DNA of 64,000 bases from an uncultured Roseivirgaceae bacterium (lineage in GTDB: Bacteria > Bacteroidota > Bacteroidia > Cytophagales > Cyclobacteriaceae): assembly GCA_964438975.1 (NCBI GenBank), contig CAYTMU010000010.1, forward strand, positions 20,513 through 84,512. The letters run 5' to 3'. Under the pieces are notes generated by a model, which saw only the letters and a list, made by a program, of their open reading frames with translations, had not been told where the DNA came from and did not search any database. Shown one piece after another: positions 49,388-59,000 of this stretch. Position 1 is the first letter of the stretch. Each line of letters begins with the position of its first letter. A program made the position numbers and the translations under genes.

Positions 49388-49773
49388 ACGGATGTCTTGG
49401 TCCCTCTTTTGGGATCCGACACACGTTGTCTGTGAGGAGGGACCGATAATATCGGTGAATAGCCGAACAAACTCAGGATTCAACCGTTGTAACCTTACCG
49501 GAAGTCTGGTTTGTTTTTATATCTTGAGGTTTGCGATACGTAGAATTTCTTTTGGCTTTGGATCTACTGGCGCGATATTATCCCAAATATCACAGCCATG
49601 AGTTGCTGTTGTTAGCTGACGACATTCTCAAATGGATTAACAACGAATTGCCCGAGGACAGCAGCGCGTTAGCACATCTCAAGAAGTATTTCAGTTCACC
49701 CGCGGAAGCACTGCGGGCCGTGTGGCGGGAGATACAGCTGCTATCCGGACCCCTGCTGCACATGAACTAGGAC

Positions 49774-50367
49774 TCAGGCAGTACCCTGTTTCAGCCCATT
49801 TACCAGCATGTCAGAAAGCTGTTTTCCGAGTTCGATAGGGTCAATCATGCCGGCCGGATCATACCACATAGGCATCCAGTTAAGAGATGAGAAGAGCGTC
49901 ATTACGGCGAGTTTCTTGTCTATCGTACTTTTGAATTCACCGGACCGGGTTCCTTGTTCAATGATGTTCTTAAACCGGTTGATGTAGTTGATGCGCAACA
50001 GAAGAAAGTCGCGGAGATAGGGTTGACTCAGGTGACGGTGTTCGTTCATGAAGACTGCCGAGGCGGTCAGATCTTTCGCCATCACCTGGATGTGACCGAT
50101 GATCCCCTGACGAAGTTTCTCGCTGGCAGGCAGGTTCTGCTTTTCGACTTCCTCGAGTGATCTCCTGAACTCTCCGGCCATATCAAAACAAAGACTTCGG
50201 AGTATTTCTTCCTTCGATTTTATGTGTGAGTACAAACTCGCTGCCTCGATTCCGAGGAGCTGCGCAAGGTCGCGCATGGAAGCTGCCGCATAACCTTTTT
50301 GTTTGAATAGTTCGGCGGCCTTCCGGATGACCTGTTCTTTCCTCGATAAGTTTGCTATGCCTTCCAT
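49774..50367 (-). CDS. TetR/AcrR family transcriptional regulator
   Basis: N-terminal HTH: VIRKAAELFKQKGYAAASMRDLAQLLGIEAASLYSHIKSKEEIL. Confidence 0.9.
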   Translation of the reverse strand: MEGIANLSRKEQVIRKAAELFKQKGYAAASMRDLAQLLGIEAASLYSHIKSKEEILRSLCFDMAGEFRRSLEEVEKQNLPASEKLRQGIIGHIQVMAKDLTASAVFMNEHRHLSQPYLRDFLLLRINYINRFKNIIEQGTRSGEFKSTIDKKLAVMTLFSSLNWMPMWYDPAGMIDPIELGKQLSDMLVNGLKQGTA

Positions 50368-50483
50368 AGTAGCTATAAATATAGAAAATTAATAATAGAA
50401 CGGAACAGTCAGCAATTCCGTTCTGATGTACCGGATTCGATGCGAACTTGGAAGAGGAGTTGCGACAGCGGAAGACGAGAGGG

Positions 50484-51515
50484 TCAGAAGATCACGCCGA
50501 AGCTGATCGCGTTTAATTCCGGGCCCTTTCCTTCGGCAAAAAGGTCGTTCATGTCGTAGTTGATGAAGAGATCAGTTGATCGGACACCGATCTGGACACG
50601 GAAGCCGTACCGCAGATTGTTCAGATGGAAGTCATCGCGGTTCTTTTCTTTTTCGCGTTTACCGTTCTCTTCGTACACGAGTTTTGTCTTGCTGGCGATT
50701 CGATAGCCAACAAACGGTCCGACGCCAAATCTGAATCCGTCGCTGCCACTGCTCCACATGCGCGGCTTTCGGCTATGCCCGCCAAAGTCGAGTACCGGCA
50801 CCAGCGATGCGTTGATAAAGGTGGCGCTGAGCTTGCTCTTGATGAACTCTACGTCGCGATCGTCTGCCGCAAAATGTACTCCCAGGTCGTCTTCGGTGAC
50901 GAGGATATTGTCTTCCTGGAACTTAAAATTGTACCAACTGGCGCCTAGACTCCACTCGACGAATACATTTCGACCGAGCCGGGTGCGCTGAACCGAGTTG
51001 GCGGCAACGTACCAGGAACCCCAGGGACGCACAGCGTATAATTCGTTCCCATCGGGGAATTGGTCATGCGAAAGGTAGTTATTCGTTCCAAGGTCGATGT
51101 TGTATGAATGCAAGGTTCTGCCGATCGCTCGCCGAAGTTTCTCCCGGTCGCTCTCGGCGGAATGGCGTTCATCGATGCGTTGCTCGTCCTGCTCCATGTC
51201 CTCCTGGTTAGTTGATAGCTCTTCGACAACAGGTTCCTCCGGAACAGTGTATTCACGGGCGATGTCCGCAGGATCCTTCGACTCCAGTCTGTCGAAGATG
51301 TCACCAAAAAGACGCTGAAAATCGTAGTGTCTGAGTACCTCCAGATCTGCCCGGTTCTCCATCGTAAAGATGATCTTACTGGATTCTCCAAGCGGGACGA
51401 TCACGGTATCCGCAGGATCTTCCTGGGCGTAGGCCCCGAGCGTGGCCAGGAGAAGGAACATTGTCGGAATGGAATTGAGACGCATAGTCTTAGTCATTTT
51501 GGGTTCGATTGTCAT
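50484..51515 (-). CDS. Outer-membrane beta-barrel protein (hypothetical), last gene of the sigma/anti-sigma string
   Basis: Signal ...MRLNSIPTMFLLLATLGAYAQE. Three in-frame ATGs at 51515, 51497 and 51485 leave the start ambiguous. An acidic low-complexity segment follows. The C-terminal half has alternating hydrophobic strands and ends ...AISFGVIF, with the terminal Phe typical of OMPs. Confidence 0.65.
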   Translation of the reverse strand: MTIEPKMTKTMRLNSIPTMFLLLATLGAYAQEDPADTVIVPLGESSKIIFTMENRADLEVLRHYDFQRLFGDIFDRLESKDPADIAREYTVPEEPVVEELSTNQEDMEQDEQRIDERHSAESDREKLRRAIGRTLHSYNIDLGTNNYLSHDQFPDGNELYAVRPWGSWYVAANSVQRTRLGRNVFVEWSLGASWYNFKFQEDNILVTEDDLGVHFAADDRDVEFIKSKLSATFINASLVPVLDFGGHSRKPRMWSSGSDGFRFGVGPFVGYRIASKTKLVYEENGKREKEKNRDDFHLNNLRYGFRVQIGVRSTDLFINYDMNDLFAEGKGPELNAISFGVIF

Positions 51516-52170
51516 TCCGGAAGTTGATAGCCAGAATCTCGTTCTTCTTCTGCCGGAGACTGCCTAACAAATCCTGATTGTGTTTCAGGTCGTATGCCTT
51601 GTCCAACAGCTTCTTCAACCCAGATGGATTTTCAACGTCGAGGGTTGCGTCCTTCGCGAAGTTTTTCGCGAGGTATTTTTCGTTCACTTCGTCGCGGGTA
51701 AAGACTATTGTCACGTTGCGCGGCGACTGCATGGCGGGGGAGGAGGTCGATTCCTCCACGAGTTTCACCGGTTCCGCCAGCGTTGCGCGGAGCGCCTCGA
51801 TGGCAGGGGTCGGAGCGGCTCTCTTTTCGCTGGCTTTTGCCACGACTGCTTTCTCAACAACATCTTTTGTGGAAGGAGTGGGGACGGTTTCCTTCAAGGT
51901 CTTTTGTGAGGTCGGCGGTTCCGTTATGCGTGGTTTCGGACTTGGTTGGCGGGTGTCTGAAAGTGTGTCTGTCATGGGCTTGTGCGCTGCTGGATAGAAG
52001 AGCAGCGTAGCCGTTGCGAGTAGCAATACGGCGGCTGCGACTCTGAATATCAGTTTGGTGTAGCGCTTGGCAGCGAGTGAACCCGACACGCGTTCCCACG
52101 CGGCAGGTGATACAGGTTGCTCGTAGACGCGCAATTTGTCGCGGAAAAGCTTATCTGGTTGCTGGTTCAT
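51490..52170 (-). CDS. Putative anti-sigma factor (single-pass membrane protein)
   Basis: ATG at 52170 gives MNQQPDKLFRDKL...WERV, then one TM helix (LIFRVAAAVLLLATATLLFY) and a Pro/Thr/Ala-rich periplasmic part. It overlaps the ECF sigma stop by 20 nt. Confidence 0.55.
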   Translation of the reverse strand: MNQQPDKLFRDKLRVYEQPVSPAAWERVSGSLAAKRYTKLIFRVAAAVLLLATATLLFYPAAHKPMTDTLSDTRQPSPKPRITEPPTSQKTLKETVPTPSTKDVVEKAVVAKASEKRAAPTPAIEALRATLAEPVKLVEESTSSPAMQSPRNVTIVFTRDEVNEKYLAKNFAKDATLDVENPSGLKKLLDKAYDLKHNQDLLGSLRQKKNEILAINFRNDNRTQND

Positions 52171-52738
52171 TGGTACCTGATTTTTGGGTGTGCCAGCCTG
52201 TTTCCGCAAGGACCCGCTGGAGATAGGCCCGCGCCCGGCTGAGTTGCGACTTGGATGTATTCTCTGTAATACCCAGTTGCTCGGCGATTTCCCTGTGGGA
52301 ATATCCGTCTATTGCGTACATATTGAAAATGACTCGGTAGCCAGGGGGCAGTTCCGAGATGATCTTCAACAGATCTTCAACTTGTAGATGATCTTCGAGA
52401 CGGTTGTAGTCGGGCTCACGCTCTGCTTTTTCCAGATCGGTTTCGATCATCATAGCGCGACTCTTCCGGAGAGCACCAAGAGCCTCGTTGACAACAATTC
52501 TGCGGATCCATCCCTCGAAACTTCCTTCGCCCTTGAACTGGTCAATCTTCCTAAAGACTTTTGTGAACGCCATCACGACGACGTCTTCTGCTTGCATAGG
52601 ATGTTTGACATACCGCAAACTGAGGCCATGCATGCGGGAAGAATAGCGATCAAACAGCCAGCGTTGGGCCTGACGGTCGCCCCTGCGGCACGCGTCAATC
52701 AGATCTTCTTCCCGTGAGGGGTGAGTGGTAAAGTTCAT
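52151..52738 (-). CDS. ECF-type RNA polymerase sigma-70 family factor
   Basis: ATG at 52738. Region 2: DRQAQRWLFDRYSSRMHGLSLRYVKHPMQAEDVV...F. Region 4: YRVIFNMYAIDGYSHREIAEQLGITENTSKSQLSRARAYLQ. Confidence 0.88.
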   Translation of the reverse strand: MNFTTHPSREEDLIDACRRGDRQAQRWLFDRYSSRMHGLSLRYVKHPMQAEDVVVMAFTKVFRKIDQFKGEGSFEGWIRRIVVNEALGALRKSRAMMIETDLEKAEREPDYNRLEDHLQVEDLLKIISELPPGYRVIFNMYAIDGYSHREIAEQLGITENTSKSQLSRARAYLQRVLAETGWHTQKSGTNEPATR

Positions 52739-52813
52739 TTGGTGATACAAATCCAGGATGCGGAGAATACCGCCGAGGTTGCATGCCTCCAAAAATTATT
52801 CAGACGGGCCGGC

Positions 52814-54547
52814 CTATTGGCAGTTGACGCATTCTAATCCATCGCGTGTCATTTTCCAGGTATAGCCGTCGTAATAGTCGCCGTCGACGTATTGGGAGAT
52901 AAACCGGCTCATGTCTTCCTCCATCGTGAATGGAAAGTCATACGGAATGTAAAGTATCATTTTGAGCCGCTGGCCGCGAAAGATTGCGTCGGGCTTGAAC
53001 TGCAGTTCGTGGTCAAATGTGAAAATGGAATCCTGGAACGCTACATTATATTCAACCATCTTGGCATTCTCAATAGCTTGGGTGCGACTGGCCCCCTGAG
53101 CCTCGAAACGCTGATCAAGCCGGAAGTTGGACTCATCATGTCCCCGAAGACTCAGTTGTACTGCACGATAGTCGGTGCGGCCCTCATTCAGCTTCAGTAC
53201 AGCTGTTGTTCCCGTAACTGTATACGTTTGTCGAACGCGATGTGTTCCGTCCTCATGGAAGGCGAAAATGATACGGGGAATACCGACGGCGAGCATCGCC
53301 AAGCTGATAAAGAAAAGAGCGAATAGCGACCAGCCTACGGTGCTCCGGAAGACCATTCGACGGGCGATAATTGAGGCCCCGAGAAGGATGAGAAATACGT
53401 TCGGTATGATGGCAGCTCCAGCGGCTGCGAATGCTACCCAGGTAGGAATAGCACGTGCGAAAACATCAAGCGAAAGCGCTACATCCGGTAAATCTGTAAA
53501 CCACGGCATAGGTAACGATCCTCCGGCAAATATGCCGAACAATACGCCTACCGAGACGACAATGACGAATATCGTCGACACCCCGGCCAGAATAATCGCA
53601 GCCCCGATCAGGATGCGGATCACATCAGCAAGCGGACCCAATGCTTTGCCCAGTGCAGTGAGGAATGCCCCCAGCAGACGGAATGGGAAGAGTATGATCT
53701 TTGCCACGGTGCTTTCCTCTTGACCCTCCCCGATATTGAGGTTCTTCTTGATCGTCGACTCAATATTGGAGAGGGTGACCGGCTCCCCCTGCATTTGCAT
53801 TTTATCAGTGATGGTCCGTGCTTCCGGAAGACAGACCCAGAGAATTACATAGAGCAGAAGCCCGAGACCTCCGGCTGCGATTGACACGACAAAAAGTAAC
53901 CTGACCAAAGTGATGTCGATACCGAAATAGGCGGCGACTCCTCCTGATACGCCTCCGATGATGCGAGACTGCGGATCGCGAAATATCTTCTTGCCGAACT
54001 CCGGCTCTTCCAGCGTGTAGGAGCCGGGCACGACGATCCACATGAGGATGTAGGCGACGATCGTGAAACCGCCCGCGAAAAGTAAGGCAACGAACAGCAG
54101 CCGAAACCACAGGGGGTCCATGCTGAAGTAGTTTCCTAGCCCCGCTGATACCCCTCCCAGTATCTTGCGCTTCTGGTCGCGGAACAATCGCTTGGGCGCG
54201 GAGTGTTGTCTCGATTCATTCTGAGCGGAGGCAGCCTCGTCAGCTCTGTTTTTTTGACCGGTGTCGTCATCGGCCGGTTCCTCCGCTGCCCTGAAATCAC
54301 TAACACTTCCCATCGTCGCAATCAGTGCGCTTACGTCTTCACTGGTAATGACTTGCTTCTCCTCGTTCAGCTTCGAGAGGAATATCTCGGCGATGCGGCT
54401 TTCTATGTCTGCGAGTATCTCGCTACTATCTTCAAATGACGAGAAATACCGGTTGATGGAGTCGAGGTATTTTTTCAGGTTGTCGTACCCATCTTCTTCG
54501 ATGTGAAATATGATTCCACTGATGTTGATGCTGATATTCTTTTTCAT
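52814..54547 (-). CDS. PspC-domain membrane protein with two PspC domains
   Basis: RLFRDQKRKILGGVSAGLGNYFSMDPLWFRLLFV... and KIFRDPQSRIIGGVSGGVAAYFGIDITLVRLLFV..., plus several more TM helices and a ~170-aa C-terminal soluble domain. Confidence 0.85.
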   Translation of the reverse strand: MKKNISINISGIIFHIEEDGYDNLKKYLDSINRYFSSFEDSSEILADIESRIAEIFLSKLNEEKQVITSEDVSALIATMGSVSDFRAAEEPADDDTGQKNRADEAASAQNESRQHSAPKRLFRDQKRKILGGVSAGLGNYFSMDPLWFRLLFVALLFAGGFTIVAYILMWIVVPGSYTLEEPEFGKKIFRDPQSRIIGGVSGGVAAYFGIDITLVRLLFVVSIAAGGLGLLLYVILWVCLPEARTITDKMQMQGEPVTLSNIESTIKKNLNIGEGQEESTVAKIILFPFRLLGAFLTALGKALGPLADVIRILIGAAIILAGVSTIFVIVVSVGVLFGIFAGGSLPMPWFTDLPDVALSLDVFARAIPTWVAFAAAGAAIIPNVFLILLGASIIARRMVFRSTVGWSLFALFFISLAMLAVGIPRIIFAFHEDGTHRVRQTYTVTGTTAVLKLNEGRTDYRAVQLSLRGHDESNFRLDQRFEAQGASRTQAIENAKMVEYNVAFQDSIFTFDHELQFKPDAIFRGQRLKMILYIPYDFPFTMEEDMSRFISQYVDGDYYDGYTWKMTRDGLECVNCQ

Positions 54548-54565
54548 ATCCGTCGTGACTCTGGG

Positions 54566-54907
54566 TTATGCTTTCGAGGTGGATTTCAAGGTTATCATTT
54601 GCGTGGAGTGGACCAGTTCATCCCACGTCTCTGTAAGCTTGCTGAGGAACTTGCTGCCTTTGTCGGTTAGCTTATAGTATTTGCGCGGCGGTCCGGACTT
54701 CGATTCGATCCACTTGTATTCCAATAACCCCGCATTCTTCAGACGGGTGAGCAACGGATATAACGTGCCTTCTACCACAATCATACGCGCGGCCGTCAAC
54801 TCGTCGAGCATGTCTGAAGCATAGATCTCTCCACGCGAAATAATGTGCAGGACGCAATACTCCAGGACCCCCTTTCTCATTTGCACCTGCGTGTTTTCAA
54901 CATTCAT
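54566..54907 (-). CDS. PadR family transcriptional regulator
   Basis: RKGVLEYCVLHIISRGEIYASDMLDEL......EGTLYPLLTRLKNAGLLEYKW.ESKSGPPRKYYKLTDKG. Confidence 0.92.
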   Translation of the reverse strand: MNVENTQVQMRKGVLEYCVLHIISRGEIYASDMLDELTAARMIVVEGTLYPLLTRLKNAGLLEYKWIESKSGPPRKYYKLTDKGSKFLSKLTETWDELVHSTQMITLKSTSKA

Positions 54908-55068
54908 ACGTCACCTCTTGTTTGGTCGTCATTGTGTTTAACGAAAAAACGGTACTATGTATCACAAAGTACTGGGTGTTAATTAATTATTGTATGTAAC
55001 TATCTGATTGTCAGTATAAATAAATTCATCACTTGGGCTTGGGCTGGCATTCAACTTCCTGGTTTTGT

Positions 55069-55947
55069 TCAGTTCTGAACAGGTCGCTGTTCAATGATGG
55101 ACTTCAGGTCCTGATAGCGCGCTCCATAACCGAAGCGCTCAATGTCGCCCTGATAGATCGAATTCACCTTTTCAAGCGTGTCGAGGTCATAGTATTTATC
55201 AAGGTCATAGGGTTCGCCGGAGTTCAACCGTTCAATCCTCAAGCCCCGTGCCATCAGATATTCACTCAGCTTATCGCGGTCTTCGAGCCGGATAATCGTC
55301 ACTTCGGCTCGCTTTTCATAAAAAGCGATCAATCTGTGTTGCGGCTGAAAATGCTGGTCCTTCAGGGTATCTGGAATGAGACGGATGGTATTGACGAACT
55401 CTGTGAATGTAAATTCCTGCCGGATAATCCCAAACAGATAGTCTTCGTAGAGAAAGTGTTCTGAATGCCGTTCGAAGAAAGCCCGGTAAACCGAGACGAT
55501 CCGTGCGAATGGATCGCGGACGACTGTGAACACTTGTTGGGTTTCTTCAGGAGCGTTTCTTTCAAGACGCAGGTCGGTCATCGCATTGATTTGCTCGGCA
55601 CGTAGGGCAAGCAGGTCAAGTGCAGGAAAGTGCTGGTGCAGTATTGCACCGCATAACGATGTACTGGCCGCCTTCGGAATCCGGACGTACAACCATGCGC
55701 CATCTGCCGACGATAAATGACCTCCCTGAGATCGCAGGCTATTTTTGATCAATGCTGCTTCCGCCACGAGTGCACGTGGAAGCCACGACGTCAACTTCGC
55801 CATCCGTTTCGGCGTTCGCGAAAACGGGAAATCGGGAATATCATTCACAAGCTGCTGACGCATTTCTTCGAAGTCGTAGCCGCTGTTTCGAAAACGGCCG
55901 TTGCGAAGAACGTGCGCGATGAACGGTATGATGCGAGGCGAACTCAT
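55069..55947 (-). CDS. Sulfotransferase family 2-like protein (stand-alone)
   Basis: YVRIPKAASTSL resembles the PAPS 5'-phosphosulfate-binding loop. VVRDPFARIVSVY resembles the RDPxxRxxSxY 3'-phosphate motif. DQHFQPQ is also present. The ATG at 55947 is preferred over the TTG at 55980. Confidence 0.65.
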   Translation of the reverse strand: MSSPRIIPFIAHVLRNGRFRNSGYDFEEMRQQLVNDIPDFPFSRTPKRMAKLTSWLPRALVAEAALIKNSLRSQGGHLSSADGAWLYVRIPKAASTSLCGAILHQHFPALDLLALRAEQINAMTDLRLERNAPEETQQVFTVVRDPFARIVSVYRAFFERHSEHFLYEDYLFGIIRQEFTFTEFVNTIRLIPDTLKDQHFQPQHRLIAFYEKRAEVTIIRLEDRDKLSEYLMARGLRIERLNSGEPYDLDKYYDLDTLEKVNSIYQGDIERFGYGARYQDLKSIIEQRPVQN

Positions 55948-56062
55948 GAATGTAGGGTGAAGATAATTATTCGTATGCAACCATCTACCTTACTCCCTGC
56001 GAAGGTATTAAGTCGAACTGCGTATATTGCGTTAGTAACCCCGCGCGGATCGAGCCAAGCAA

Positions 56063-59000
56063 ATGAAACGTCTGGTTTCAGTTTTTTTCCTGTTGCTGTT
56101 TGCCGTGTGTACCTCGGGGCAAAGCGGGAACGAATGGATCCAATACTCTCAGATATACGTCAAGGTTCCGGTTGCCGCGGATGGTCTCTACCGTGTCTCC
56201 TACCAGTCGCTTCAACAGGCGGGTTTTCCCGTCGAAACCAATCCCGCCCGATTTCAGCTGTTTCACCGTGGCAGCGAGGTGGCAATTCACGTCGAGGGAG
56301 AGAATGACGGTGTTTTTGGCCCGGGCGACTATGTTGAGTTCTACGGGCGACGTAATGATGGAACACTGGATTCTACGCTATATGCTGATCCAGATCACCA
56401 ACCACACCGATATTACAACCTGTACAATGACACCACTGCATATTTTCTGACGGCAGGGTCATTTGACGGAAAGCGGATGTCGCTCTCTTCAGGTTCACTT
56501 CAGGGGCAACCCGAGAGTTTTCATAACGCCGAGAGGCTCCTTGTCCTGGATCAGGATTATTCCGCCGGCAGCACCTATGGGAGTGTACTCCTGTCGGCTT
56601 TTGACAAGGGTGAAGGATGGACAGGTCTCACGATCCTGCAAGGGCGACAACTCACGTACACTATTGAAGACATTACTCACACTGTTCCTTCCGCAGCGAA
56701 GCCCCGGTTAGAGATCCTGCTGACCGGGCTGGGACCTATGAAGCACGATGTGGAAGTGCTGGTTGGGGGAAGGGTGTGGGAGTACATCTCGTTCGATGGT
56801 TTTGATTCTCACATACAAGCAGGTGAGATCGAGTGGGCGGACATCAGTGGTTCAACTCTTTCAGTTACCGTCCGGGTTACGGGCGTTAATGGGCCAGACC
56901 GCGTCAGTGCGTCCTACGTACGGCTTCAGTTTCCTCAGCAGATAACCATGTCGGGTACGGACGAACGAGTATTCGGTCTTCCGGCAGGAGCGGGTGTTGC
57001 ATGGATGAGGATCCCGGCTGTTTCTGCTTCGACCCGACTGCTTGACATCACGAATCCGGGATCACCTGTTCGAATTGCTACCCAGTCAGACGGCGCGCTT
57101 GACGCTGTCGTGAAGCGCGATGGCCACGCGCGGAAGGTACTTGCCACTTCCCGATATCTGGCGCCTGCGTCCCTTCGAAAAATTGTTTTTCACCCGATCG
57201 ATCCCTCATCGTTCAATTACCTGATCATCACGCATCCGGTGCTCCGACGCTCGGCTCTTGGATATGCCGATCCGGTAGAAGCCTTTGCCGCGTACCGGGC
57301 GAGCGCAGAGGGAGGTGGCTACCATACTGCGATAGCGGACATCCAAGAACTGTATGATCAGTTTAACTACGGAGAGACATCGCCGCGAGCGATCTATCAG
57401 TTCCTGAAGTACTGTGCAACGGTCAAGTTGCCGGATTACATGTTTCTTGTTGGCAAGGGTCTCGATGTTAACTACGCGTACGGACGAAGTCCCGGATCGT
57501 TTACGACCTATCAGGATCTTGTGCCCACGGCGGGTTATCCGGCATCTGATATGTTGTTCAGCGTTGGTTTGGGCGATGCTGAAAACGTTCCCGCCATTGC
57601 AACGGGCAGGCTAACAGCGAATACCCCAACCGAGGTCGCGGTGTATCTCAACAAACTGAAAGAACGCGAGGCATTGCCATATGCCGATCTGAACCGCAAG
57701 CGAATCCTTCACCTCAGTGGAGGGATTGAGGAAAGCGAGCCGGCGCTCTTCCGACAAATTTTGCAGGACTACCAGACGATTGCGGAGGATCTTTATCTCG
57801 GTGGGCGTGTGCAAGCGATCGCGAAAGGGTCAACGAATCTCAAACTGATCAATATCGCCGACGAGTTAAACCGCGGACTTGGTATGATCACGTTCTTCGG
57901 ACACTCGGCGCCGAACACCACTGACTTCGATATCGGTATGGTCAGCAACCCGATCATGGGTTACGATAATGCCGGGAAGTATCCGTTCATGCTGATGAAC
58001 GGATGTGATGCGGGATCGTTCTTTCTGAATACAGCGATCACCGGGGAGAACTGGGTGTTAACTCCTGACAAAGGCGCAGTAGGATTTGTCGCGCACAGTG
58101 CGTACGGTCTTCTCCATTATCTCCAGCTTTATTCAGCTACATTTTACGACGTAGCTTTTGCCGACCCCGTGTTCATCACCGAAGGGGCAGGTATTGTTCA
58201 GCAGGAGGTCGCGCGTCGTTTCTTTCATCGATACGGTACCTCTCCATCTCAGATATCACAGGCGCAGCAGATGGTGCTGCTCGGCGATCCGGCGCTGAGG
58301 ATATTTGGTGCTGACAAGCCGGATTACGCACCCGTATTGGAGAGCGTTGCCGTGCGGTCCTTTACAGACGAACCAGTGACCGCCTTCTCCGATTCCTTTC
58401 GGGTCGAAGTCCCGATACGGAATTACGGGATCGCACGTGCGGAGAATATCCGCATTAACATCCAACGGGAATACAATGGGACAGTGGTAGAGTATGATAC
58501 AATCATTCCGTCGGTACTGTACGAGGAGACGATTTCGATGACGTTGAGGAACCGGGATACCGGTGGTCATGGAATAAATGTCTTAACAATCCACGTAGAT
58601 GCCGACAACTTGATCGACGAAATAGACGAGGGCAACAACACGGCATCGATCGAGTATTTCATTCCACTTAACAGCACGCGCCACCTGTATCCGCACAATC
58701 ACGGTATTGTTTCCAAGCGAGAAGTAACGTTGTCGTTTCAATTCACGGACCCATCATCCGGCCCGCGGGAGTTCATTCTTGAAGTAGACACTACCCGGAA
58801 CTTCGACAGCCCCTACTGGCAGCGTTATAACCTGAGTGCGCAGGTACTGGCACGCCAGGCTATTGCATTGGCCGAGCGGGATTCGGTCGTCTATTTCTGG
58901 CGGACGATGATCGCGGATCCCCTCGAAACCGAGTCCCGGGAGTGGGCCGTCAGTTCGTTCAGCTATATCCAGGACGGGCCGGAGGGATGGGCTCAACTTC

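Noticed and set aside
58848-58867. Sigma-54-like TGGCAC ... TTGCA element, of interest because rpoN is in the window
   Set aside because: The spacer between TGGCAC and TTGCA is 9 nt rather than 5, and the site lies deep inside the C25 coding sequence.
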